Below are positions 1-8,606 of a DNA stretch of 32,000 nucleotides, piece after piece. Within the stretch, counting starts at the first letter, position 1. Each line of letters opens with the position of its first letter. The notes under the pieces were generated by a model, which saw only the letters and a list, made by a program, of their open reading frames with translations, was not told where the DNA came from and made no database searches. The stretch is taken from contig NZ_CP040006.1 of NCBI RefSeq assembly GCF_005696695.1, positions 330,001-362,000 on the forward strand, given 5' to 3'. The position numbers were made by a program, and so were the translations under genes. The stretch comes from Schaalia odontolytica. Lineage in GTDB: Bacteria > Actinomycetota > Actinomycetes > Actinomycetales > Actinomycetaceae.

Positions 1-1730
<1,730 letters not shown>

Positions 1731-1772
1731 TCGCTGGCGCTTGCTCTGCTGAGTAGCGCTGATTGAGCGCGG

Positions 1773-1813
1773 CGAGGCCGCGGCCGGGAAACCGGTCGCG
1801 GCCTCGTTTCGTT
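1773..1813 (+). terminator. intrinsic terminator after ppdK
   Basis: GC-rich hairpin cgaggccgcggccgg / ccggtcgcggcctcg (1773-1806) followed by TTTCGTT. It begins ~43 nt after the ppdK stop. Confidence 0.7.
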
Positions 1814-2088
1814 GTGGGTGCTGTGTGGTGTTGCTTGTGGCCCCACGGGTGTTCCGGGCGCCGGAGGGCCCGGCCGCCCGCGAGGCTAGGCGGCCTCACT
1901 TCGTTCGGCGCCGCGCCTCGAAGCCCGCCCGTGCCCTCCGGTCCCTCCGGCGCCCTCCACACCAGTGGTTCCTGGCCGCTGATGTGTGGCTTGGCGCGTT
2001 GTCTCGTCGTCCGGCCAGGCCCTGCTGCCGCCCGTGGGCATCGCAGGGGTCTTGCGCGCTGCGATTTCTGGCCGTTCTCTTGCGTGTT

Positions 2089-2269
2089 GTTACAAACGTC
2101 GTCAATCGGCGGTGTTTTTCGCGTGGATTTCTGATCCGTTGTTACAAACGTCGTAAATCCGACGGCTTTTTCGCTGAAAATAGTGGTTTTTGGGAGCAGA
2201 TTGACGACGTTTGTAACAGAAGTCCTCGGAAGGGCTTTCAAATTGCTCCGGTTTGACGACGTTTGTAAC
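2089..2269. repeat. repeat family A: four copies of GTTACAAACGTCGT(C/A)AA, two forward and two inverted
   Basis: Forward copies at 2089-2107 and 2141-2159; reverse-complement copies at 2199-2217 and 2251-2269. Start-to-start spacing is 52, 58 and 52 bp. The spacers between copies are unrelated. Confidence 0.9.
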
Positions 2270-2357
2270 GGATATTGCCCACGGGTGCCGCGGCCGGGCC
2301 GCACCACTGCCCGCGGGCGCCGCGGCCGGGCCCTGTTGGATAGGCGGCCCGGTTGTC

Positions 2358-2602
2358 TGAAACCCCTGTCGCCTTTGCTCGTGCGTGTTTGCGAGGGTTT
2401 GAAACCGCCATCGCCTTTGCGGGCGCAGATCGAGCCGTAACTGAAACCGCCATCGCCTTTGCGGGTGAGAAATGGGTGTTTTTGGTCCAGTTTTCGGGTG
2501 CAAAGGTGTTGTGGGTTTCAAGACGCAGACCCGGGCTTGTCGCAGAGGCGTTGCGGGTTTCAAACGTCACCTCAAGGCCTTGCGCAGGCATCGGCGGCTT
2601 CA
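2358..2602. repeat. repeat family B: six copies of bipartite TGAAACC-N7-CCTTTGC, three forward and three inverted, 42-bp phasing
   Basis: Forward TGAAACC at 2358, 2400 and 2442, each followed after 7 variable nt by CCTTTGC. Inverted copies are GCAAAGG-N7-GGTTTCA at 2500-2520, GCAGAGG-N7-GGTTTCA at 2542-2562, and a degenerate copy ending GGCTTCA at 2596-2602. Confidence 0.88.
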
Positions 2603-2640
2603 GGCGGCGCGGCCGTCCACATCCAGCGGACGTACAGCAA

Positions 2641-2666
2641 CGCCCCGCCCGAAGCCGGGCGGGGCG
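2641..2666 (-). terminator. GC hairpin downstream of CPBP paralog 1
   Basis: Perfect 11-bp stem cgccccgcccg-aagc-cgggcggggcg, ~16 nt past the stop at 2683 on the minus strand. There is no clear U-tract, so termination efficiency is uncertain. Confidence 0.5.
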
Positions 2667-2682
2667 TCACGGCATCCAACAA

Positions 2683-3507
2683 TCAGACGTTCTGCAAAGC
2701 TCCCTGCATGGCGAACATCAGGCCCACCATGATCGAGTTATTGAGCGCGTGGAACAGCCACGAGTACGCCACGTTCTTCCCGGACATCACGTACACGAGC
2801 GTCAGGACGATGCTGATGGGCAGGTATGTGAAGAAGTCCTGCCACTGGTGAGAATGCATGTACGCAAACAGCGCCGCGGAGATTGAAGCGACGAGCCACG
2901 TCGGCGCGTATGCGCTGAGCTTGCCGATGAGGATGTGGCGGTAGAAAATCTCCTCGACCATGGGCACCCCGATGGCGACGAAGAAGCAGAAGATGAGTCC
3001 CGTGCCGCCGTCAAAAATTGCGTTGATGACGGCCTGCTGGTTATCGGCGACCGGCGGGTTGAGCCCGTAGAGGGCGATGCGGGTCGCGGCCTGGACGATG
3101 ACGACCAGGATCCACAGGCCGAAAAGCAGCAGGACCTTCAAGAAGGGGCGCGTGCGCAGATAGGAAAACGCGGGGAAAAACTCGCGCGAAAAAAGTGCCA
3201 GGACGATGATCAGGAAGACCGTGTCGACAGCGAGATTGATGGCCGTCAGGTTCCACGACTCGGGGAAGAGGAACATGGGAACGGCGCCCAGCAGGAAGAA
3301 CGCGGCGTAGGGGATGCCGAAGATCGCGATGCGCACCCAGTCCGCGCGGGTCGGGCGCTCAGGGGACGAGGCCGGGACTGCCTCGCTCGAAACAGCCTCG
3401 CCGGGCAGGGGGAGGGGAGCGGTGGACACGGGGCCCTGCGGGCCTGTGTTCGTCACGAGAGAATCTGCCGCCTCGCTCAGGGGCTGTGTATTCGGGTTGG
3501 TTGCCAT
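2683..3507 (-). CDS. CPBP family intramembrane glutamic endopeptidase (CAAX protease/Abi-like), paralog 1
   Basis: Has the three CPBP motifs: EEIFYRH (EExxxR), FAYMHSH (FxxxH) and FHALNN (HxxxN). Multiple hydrophobic helices and a Pro/Ser-rich ~65-aa N-terminal tail. The ATG at 3507 aligns with the paralog start. Confidence 0.88.
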   Translation of the reverse strand: MATNPNTQPLSEAADSLVTNTGPQGPVSTAPLPLPGEAVSSEAVPASSPERPTRADWVRIAIFGIPYAAFFLLGAVPMFLFPESWNLTAINLAVDTVFLIIVLALFSREFFPAFSYLRTRPFLKVLLLFGLWILVVIVQAATRIALYGLNPPVADNQQAVINAIFDGGTGLIFCFFVAIGVPMVEEIFYRHILIGKLSAYAPTWLVASISAALFAYMHSHQWQDFFTYLPISIVLTLVYVMSGKNVAYSWLFHALNNSIMVGLMFAMQGALQNV

Positions 3508-3529
3508 GAGTGGGATCCGCTTTCTGCCG

Positions 3530-3558
3530 CAAATTGTACTGCCCGAATATTATGACAG
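3530..3558 (-). promoter_or_regulatory. candidate promoter of CPBP paralog 1
   Basis: The minus strand reads CTGTCA-N16-CAATTT (or TACAAT with a shorter spacer). It is positionally conserved with the segment upstream of paralog 2. Confidence 0.3.
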
Positions 3559-3603
3559 AATTTGAAATAAATTGGCGGGTGCATGTGTGTGAGAGTGCAG
3601 CAA

Positions 3604-3629
3604 CGCCCCGCCCGAGGCCGGGCGGGGCG
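3604..3629 (-). terminator. GC hairpin downstream of CPBP paralog 2
   Basis: Same stem as at 2641 (cgccccgcccg-aggc-cgggcggggcg), ~33 nt past the stop at 3663. No clear U-tract. Confidence 0.5.
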
Positions 3630-3662
3630 ACACACAGGTAAGTCCGATACCCTCGCAGGCGA

Positions 3663-4463
3663 CTAGACGAGGGACCTGACAATGAGCATGATCGAGTTGT
3701 TCAGCGCGTGGAACGTCCACGAGTATGCGACGTTCTTCCCGGACTTCACGTACACGAGCGTCAAGACGATGCTCAGCGGCAGGTACATGAAGAAGTCCTG
3801 CCACTGGTGAGAGTGCATGTACGCAAAAAGCGCCGCTGAGATCGACGCGACGAGCCATGTGGGCGCGTACGCGCTGAGCTTGCCGATGAGGATGTGGCGG
3901 AAGAACATTTCCTCGATGACGGGCACTCCAATGCCGACGAAGAAGGTGAAGACGATGCCGAGAGCCCCGTCATTCAGAAGGTTCATGACCTGCTGCTGGT
4001 TTTCGGCAATCGGTTGGTTGTGTCCGTAGAGGGCGATGCGGGTTACTGCCTGAATGGCGGTGACCAGGAACCATAGGCCGAAGAGGAGCGCGATCTTGCG
4101 TACGGGCCGCGTGCGCAGGTAGGTGAAAGCGGGGAAGAACTCGCGCCAGAAGAATGCGAGCGCCATGATCAGCAAGATGGTGTCGAGCCCGATGTTGATA
4201 GCGGTCAGGCTCCACGATGCGGGGAAGATCCATGTCGGCACTCCCACCAGGAAGAACGCCGCATAGGGGATGCCGAAGATCGCGATGCGCACCCAGTCCG
4301 CGCGCGTCGGGCGCTTGGGGGACGAGTCCGTGGCCGCCTCGCTCGAAACCGATTCGCCGGGTAGGGGGAGGGGAGCGGCGGACACGGGGCCCTGCGGGCC
4401 TGTGTTCGTCACGAGAGAATCTGCCGCCTCGCTCAGGGGCTGTGTATTCGGGTCGGTTGTCAT
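3663..4463 (-). CDS. CPBP family intramembrane glutamic endopeptidase (CAAX protease/Abi-like), paralog 2
   Basis: Motifs EEMFFRH, FAYMHSH and FHALNN. The track ORF extends to 4604. The ATG at 4463 (MTTDPNTQPLSEAADSLVTNTGPQGPV) aligns residue-for-residue with the paralog 1 start and is preceded by GGAAGAGGAAACC. Confidence 0.85.
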   Translation of the reverse strand: MTTDPNTQPLSEAADSLVTNTGPQGPVSAAPLPLPGESVSSEAATDSSPKRPTRADWVRIAIFGIPYAAFFLVGVPTWIFPASWSLTAINIGLDTILLIMALAFFWREFFPAFTYLRTRPVRKIALLFGLWFLVTAIQAVTRIALYGHNQPIAENQQQVMNLLNDGALGIVFTFFVGIGVPVIEEMFFRHILIGKLSAYAPTWLVASISAALFAYMHSHQWQDFFMYLPLSIVLTLVYVKSGKNVAYSWTFHALNNSIMLIVRSLV

Positions 4464-4486
4464 GGGTGGTTTCCTCTTCCTGTCGA

Positions 4487-4514
4487 AAATTAGACCGCCC
4501 GAATATTTTGTCAG
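4487..4514 (-). promoter_or_regulatory. candidate promoter of CPBP paralog 2
   Basis: The minus strand reads CTGACA-N16-TAATTT, ~25 nt upstream of the start codon. Confidence 0.3.
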
Positions 4515-4678
4515 ATCTTGACCTGATGGGGTGGGCGTGTGGTTGAACTGTGAGACATTAGAAATCCTGGATATTGCGCCACTTTTATGGCATCGTGTCA
4601 GCAAGCGATCATCCTGGGTCCTTAGTCCCTCAACGGGGCTATGTCCCCGCGCTAGGCACCGTCACGGCATGGTCACAA

Positions 4679-4692
4679 TTTAGGACGACCTA
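4679..4692. promoter_or_regulatory. candidate operator palindrome upstream of the iron-uptake operon
   Basis: TTAGGACGACCTAA is a TTAGG/CCTAA inverted repeat, ~100 nt upstream of the proposed FTR1 start. The arms match the outer pentamers of DtxR/IdeR-type iron boxes, but the spacing is not canonical. Confidence 0.25.
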
Positions 4693-4793
4693 AACAGACT
4701 GCTTTTCACCTGGGTGAGATGTGGCTACGCTCAATGCTTAGGAATTCCATCATCCCGGCGTTGCCTAATCGCCGGATCCACAGGAGGCAAGCG

Positions 4794-6452
4794 GTGACAG
4801 TGCTTCGCGCTCACGCGCATAGTATTCGCGCTCACGTACACAACATCGGTCAGCGACTCAGCCGCGTCCTCATCGTCGCCGTGATGGCGGCTCTGGCCGT
4901 GGCGATGTTCGCCTCGCCCTCGCGCGCCGCGGATCAGACGTGGAGCGATGTTTCGACCACGATCAATGGCCTGATCGACGAAGGTGTGTCCACCTTCAAG
5001 GCGGGCGACGCTAAGGGCGGCAAGGACAAAGTCAACGACGCCTACTACAAGCACTACGAGATCACCGGCATGGAGAAGCAGGTCATGGCCCGCATCTCCG
5101 GCTCGCGCGTCTCCCAGGTGGAGATGGAGTTCTCCCTCCTGAAGAAGGCCATGAGTGACGCCGACAGTGCGGGCGTCGATAGTCACGCTACGACCCTCAA
5201 GCAGTACATGGTCGAAGACGGCGCGTCCCTGGATGGCGTCGCCCCCGGGTCGGCAGCCCAGGCCTCGTCGGATGATTACAGCCCCGGCGCGTGGGGTGAG
5301 GTCGCCAAGACGATCAACGGCATCCTCGAAGACGGCGCCAACGCCTACAAGGGCGGCGACGCCAAGGCCGGTAAGGACAAGGTCAACGAGGCCTACTACA
5401 AGCACTACGAGATCACTGGCATGGAGAAGCAGGTCATGAGCCGCATCTCCGGTTCGCGCGTCTCGCAGGTGGAGATGGAGTTCTCTCTCCTCAAGAAGGC
5501 CATGACCGACGACGACTCGGCCGCGGTCGACCAGCACCTCTCGACGCTGACGAACTACATCCGCGAGGATGCCAACAGCCTTGACGGCTACACCGGCAAG
5601 GCCGCCGACAAGACTACTGACAGCTCGGGCACCTCCCCGTGGATCGCCCAGTTCCTGCCCTCCCTCCTCGTCATCCTGCGCGAGGGCATGGAGGCGATCC
5701 TGGTCGTCGCCGCCGTCCTGGCCTACCTGTCCAAGGCCGGCCACAAGAACAAGGCCCCCATCGTGTGGGGCGGCGTGGCCCTCGCCCTCGCCCTGTCCGT
5801 GGGCCTGGCCTTCCTCTTCAGCTACGTGACCTCCCTGGCGGGCGCCAACCAGGAGCTCCTCGAGGGCTTCGCCGCGCTCTTCGCGGTCGTCATGCTGATC
5901 TGGGTCTCCAACTGGATGATCAACAAGTCCTCCAACAAGGCCTGGGATGACTACATCAAGAAGCAGACGGACGCCTCGCTGACCAGCGGCTCCCTGCTGG
6001 GCCTGGCGTTCATCTCCTTCCTCGCGGTCCTGCGCGAGGGCGCCGAGACGATGCTCTTCTACGTGCCGATCGTCGCGGCTGCGGGCGACAAGGTCCACTA
6101 CGTGTGGATCGGCCTGGCGGTCGGCCTCGTGGCCCTGGTCATCATCTACCTGCTCATCCAGTTCGCAGCGGTGCGCATTCCGCTGCGCCCCTTCTTCACC
6201 GTCACCTCGCTGCTGATGGCCTTCATGGCCTTCACCTTTACGGGTGCCGGTATCGGGGAACTCCAGGAGGCGGACGTCGTGTCCCTGACGCCCATCTCCG
6301 GCTTCCCCACCATTGACCTCTTGGGGATCTACCCCCGAGTGGAGAACCTGGCCGCGCAAGCCATCGTTCTCGCCATCATCGTCGGTCTCTATTTCTTCGG
6401 AAAAGCTCGCCTCGCCCGCGAGGCCGCCGCCCAGTCGCGGGCTGGGGAATGA
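4794..6452 (+). CDS. FTR1/EfeU-family iron permease with a duplicated extracytoplasmic N-terminal domain
   Basis: Two REGxE motifs (LREGMEAILVV, LREGAETMLFY) lie in a polytopic C-terminal half. The N-terminal half has a signal-like segment (VAVMAALAVAMFASPSRA) and two ~95-aa repeats. The start is placed at GTG 4794, 6 nt after AGGAGG (4782-4787). The track start ATG 4719 is the alternative. Confidence 0.85.
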   Translation: MTVLRAHAHSIRAHVHNIGQRLSRVLIVAVMAALAVAMFASPSRAADQTWSDVSTTINGLIDEGVSTFKAGDAKGGKDKVNDAYYKHYEITGMEKQVMARISGSRVSQVEMEFSLLKKAMSDADSAGVDSHATTLKQYMVEDGASLDGVAPGSAAQASSDDYSPGAWGEVAKTINGILEDGANAYKGGDAKAGKDKVNEAYYKHYEITGMEKQVMSRISGSRVSQVEMEFSLLKKAMTDDDSAAVDQHLSTLTNYIREDANSLDGYTGKAADKTTDSSGTSPWIAQFLPSLLVILREGMEAILVVAAVLAYLSKAGHKNKAPIVWGGVALALALSVGLAFLFSYVTSLAGANQELLEGFAALFAVVMLIWVSNWMINKSSNKAWDDYIKKQTDASLTSGSLLGLAFISFLAVLREGAETMLFYVPIVAAAGDKVHYVWIGLAVGLVALVIIYLLIQFAAVRIPLRPFFTVTSLLMAFMAFTFTGAGIGELQEADVVSLTPISGFPTIDLLGIYPRVENLAAQAIVLAIIVGLYFFGKARLAREAAAQSRAGE

Positions 6453-6508
6453 CACCCCCGAGCGACACCGACGTTTCACCCAACCAACACGCACAGGAGA
6501 TCATCACT

Positions 6509-7141
6509 ATGAAGCGCTCTCTGTTCCGCGTCGGCGCGGCCCTGGCCACGCTGGCCCTCGCAGGCACCCTGGCTGCCTGCTCCAACAACTCCTCCTCGTC
6601 CTCCAGCGAGAAGCCGTCGACCTCGTCCTCGGCCGCCGCTGACTCTGCCGCTCCCGCCCCCGGCGAGGACGCTGGCTTCGAAGAGCAGCCCCTCGGTGAC
6701 GAGGTCCACGTCGGCCCCCTCGTCGTGGGTGGCGTCTACTTCCAGCCCGTCGAGATGGAACCCCAGGTGGGCACCCCCGCCGCAGATTCCTCGATGCACA
6801 TTGAGGCCGACATCGCCGCCGCCGCCGACAACAAGCTCGGCTACGGCGCGGGTGACTTCGTCCCCGGCCTGACCGTGGACTACGCGATCAAGGACAAGTC
6901 CGGCACGACCGTCCAGGAGGGCACGCTCATGCCGATGAACGCGTCCGATGGCCCGCACTACGGCCTGAACCTGCCCAAGCTGGACGCCGGCACCTACGAC
7001 GTGTCCTTCATGATCAAGCCCCCCAGCGTGTGGCTGCTGCACACCGACAAGACCACGGGTGTCGAGGGCCGCTTCTGGACCGAGCCGCTCGTCGCCGAAT
7101 TCCCGGATTGGCAGTGGGATCCCACGGCCGTCTCCTGGTGA
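6509..7141 (+). CDS. P19/FtrA/Tp34-family periplasmic iron-transport lipoprotein (Fe2+ transport protein family)
   Basis: Lipobox LAAC after MKRSLFRVGAALATLALAGT. Family-like motifs YFQPVEMEP, MHIEADI and DGPHYGLN. Sits directly after an FTR1 permease, as in known FTR1-P19 pairs. RBS CAGGAG precedes ATG 6509. Confidence 0.8.
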   Translation: MKRSLFRVGAALATLALAGTLAACSNNSSSSSSEKPSTSSSAAADSAAPAPGEDAGFEEQPLGDEVHVGPLVVGGVYFQPVEMEPQVGTPAADSSMHIEADIAAAADNKLGYGAGDFVPGLTVDYAIKDKSGTTVQEGTLMPMNASDGPHYGLNLPKLDAGTYDVSFMIKPPSVWLLHTDKTTGVEGRFWTEPLVAEFPDWQWDPTAVSW

Positions 7142-7160
7142 TCGACGTGCACTCTTCGCG

Positions 7161-7204
7161 GGGCCGAGGCAGTGGTTCTTTGTCGGGACCTCTCGCCTCG
7201 GCCC
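7161..7204 (+). other. intra-operon stem-loop between the P19 gene and the DUF2318 gene
   Basis: 10-bp stem gggccgaggc / gcctcggccc with a ~24-nt loop and no T-tract. It may be an mRNA processing/stability element or a partial terminator. Confidence 0.35.
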
Positions 7205-7277
7205 TCGCCCCGTGAGGGGACTAGAATCGACACCGTAGCTACGACTTCGGTGAACCTTTATTTCGGGAGGAAAGCCA

Positions 7278-8597
7278 ATGCTTCAGCAGATGAGTGAAGC
7301 AACCCTGACGCTGCTATTGACGATGCTCGCGCTCGGCGCCGTCATCCGCTTCATGCCCGCCGCCGGGCGTGGTCGCCGCGGTAAGAAGGCGCGCTCGCTC
7401 GCCGTGTGGGCCGGCATCGGCCTGGGCATGGTCTCCTCCCTGGCCCTGACGATCATTAACGTCGAGGCCCCCAAGTCCGTGAACCGCCAGACGGTTGGCC
7501 TGTTCACCCTCCCCGTCGGGATTCTCCTCGCGGTCCTGTTCCTTGCGCTCATCGCGGTGCGCTCGCGCCGCGTGCGCGCCCTCCTGCCCGGCGACGCCGA
7601 CGACGAGGCCCGGGCGGCCTCGTCAATGGAAACCGCAGTGAGCGGGGATACCCTCGTGCGCATCGTCGGGGCCCTCTACATTGCGGCCGCCCTGTTCCGG
7701 GCCGTTCCGACCGCCATGAACCAGGCCGTCATGATGCTCTCGGGCGGCGTCGAGATCTACTCGACCCCGGTCGTCCTCGCGCTCGTCGGTTACACGCTGG
7801 CATGGGTGCTCGTCTGCTTCGTCGCCTGGGTGTCCTACCGCCTGTGCTCGTGGAACAACCGCGTGTGGCCGGCGGCCTTCATCCTGATCGCCCTGCTGGC
7901 CAACCACTCTCTGATGGTCGTGCGTATCCTCAAGGCCAAGCGCTGGATCTCAACCAGCAAGGAAACATGGGCGGTCATGTCGTGGTTCATCAACCACGAG
8001 GCCGTCTTCACGATCGCCGCTGGCCTGGCCCTGTGTGCTGTGGTGGTCCTGACCTGGCTGGCCTCGCGCTCCATTCCGACCGTCGGGGCAAACCCGGCCG
8101 AGGGGCGCCTGGGTCGCGCGCGCTCGCGCCTCTACAAGTCCATGGCCGGCACCGCCGCCCTCGGCTACCTGTGCGGCGCGCTGCTCATCACCGTCGGCGT
8201 CGCCTACGGCAGCCAGGAGATCGAGCTGTCCCCGCCCGAGTCCTTCAGCGTCGTCGACGACCAGGTGAGCGTCAACCTCGCCGACATCTCGGACGGCCAC
8301 CTGCATCGCTTCGAGTACACGACCTCGGGCGGCGTGAAGGTGCGCTTCATCGTCATCCAGAAGTCCGGCTCCTCCTTCGGCGTTGGCCTGGATGCGTGCG
8401 AGATCTGCGGCCCCTCCGGCTACTACGAGAAGGACGGCAAGGTCATCTGCAAGCTGTGTGAAGTGGCGATGAACATCGCGACCATCGGCTTTAAGGGCGG
8501 CTGCAACCCGATCCCCATCGACTACAAGGTCTCCAACGGCACGCTGACCGTGCCGATCTCCGCCCTCGAGGCCTCGGCCTCCATCTTCGCGAAGTAA
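7278..8597 (+). CDS. DUF2318-type membrane protein with a C-terminal Cys-rich (putative Fe-S/metal) domain
   Basis: Polytopic N-terminal ~300 aa. The C-terminal soluble domain carries CEICGPSGYYEKDGKVICKLCEVAMN...GGCNP. RBS GGGAGGAAAG precedes ATG 7278. It holds the same position as the DUF2318 gene in P19-type loci. Confidence 0.78.
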   Translation: MLQQMSEATLTLLLTMLALGAVIRFMPAAGRGRRGKKARSLAVWAGIGLGMVSSLALTIINVEAPKSVNRQTVGLFTLPVGILLAVLFLALIAVRSRRVRALLPGDADDEARAASSMETAVSGDTLVRIVGALYIAAALFRAVPTAMNQAVMMLSGGVEIYSTPVVLALVGYTLAWVLVCFVAWVSYRLCSWNNRVWPAAFILIALLANHSLMVVRILKAKRWISTSKETWAVMSWFINHEAVFTIAAGLALCAVVVLTWLASRSIPTVGANPAEGRLGRARSRLYKSMAGTAALGYLCGALLITVGVAYGSQEIELSPPESFSVVDDQVSVNLADISDGHLHRFEYTTSGGVKVRFIVIQKSGSSFGVGLDACEICGPSGYYEKDGKVICKLCEVAMNIATIGFKGGCNPIPIDYKVSNGTLTVPISALEASASIFAK

Positions 8598-8606
8598 GGC
8601 TGACGC

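Larger units (their letters stand above)
2633..4555 (-). repeat. tandem duplication (~960-bp unit) of a complete CPBP gene module: promoter-like region, CDS and terminator hairpin
   Basis: Equivalent landmarks are offset by 956-963 bp. Hairpins sit at 2641 and 3604, start codons at 3507 and 4463. The first ~100 nt of the two CDSs differ at only ~3 positions, and the upstream segments share gcccgaatatt.tg.cag. Confidence 0.9.

Noticed and set aside
2358-2602. 42-bp periodic repeats considered as a CRISPR array
   Set aside because: The repeat (~21 nt) and spacer (~21 nt) are too short. Half the copies are inverted, the variable part lies inside the repeat, and no cas genes are present.
1763-2886. 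Track ORFs inside the ppdK-CPBP gap (1763..2134, 1825..2256, 1567..2307 minus, 2102..2563 minus, 2353..2886 and others)
   Set aside because: Arg/Pro/Gly-rich nonsense composition. They overlap one another in several frames, run through the repeat arrays and run antisense into real genes. No RBS and no motif.
3663-4604. 313-aa version of CPBP paralog 2, starting at 4604
   Set aside because: The extra 47 residues have no counterpart in paralog 1. The internal ATG at 4463 aligns exactly with the paralog start and has an RBS.
4679-4697. Canonical DtxR/IdeR iron box
   Set aside because: The best 19-nt alignment to TTAGGTTAGGCTAACCTAA gives only about 11 of 19 matches, and the arm spacing is 4 nt rather than 9 nt. 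It is kept only as a generic candidate operator.
4731-6494. 587-aa antisense ORF opposite the FTR1 gene. The same holds for 7950..9905 (-), 9839..10960 (-), 11586..13109 (-), 12370..13722 (-), 14468..15661 (-), 15159..18113 (+), 16129..18045 (-), 21310..23346 (-), 23406..25961 (+), 25789..27240 (+) and 27660..28892 (-)
   Set aside because: These are typical high-GC shadow ORFs. They have G/R/A/D/V or R/P low-complexity translations and no motifs. Each lies opposite or out of frame with an ORF that has clear family signatures.
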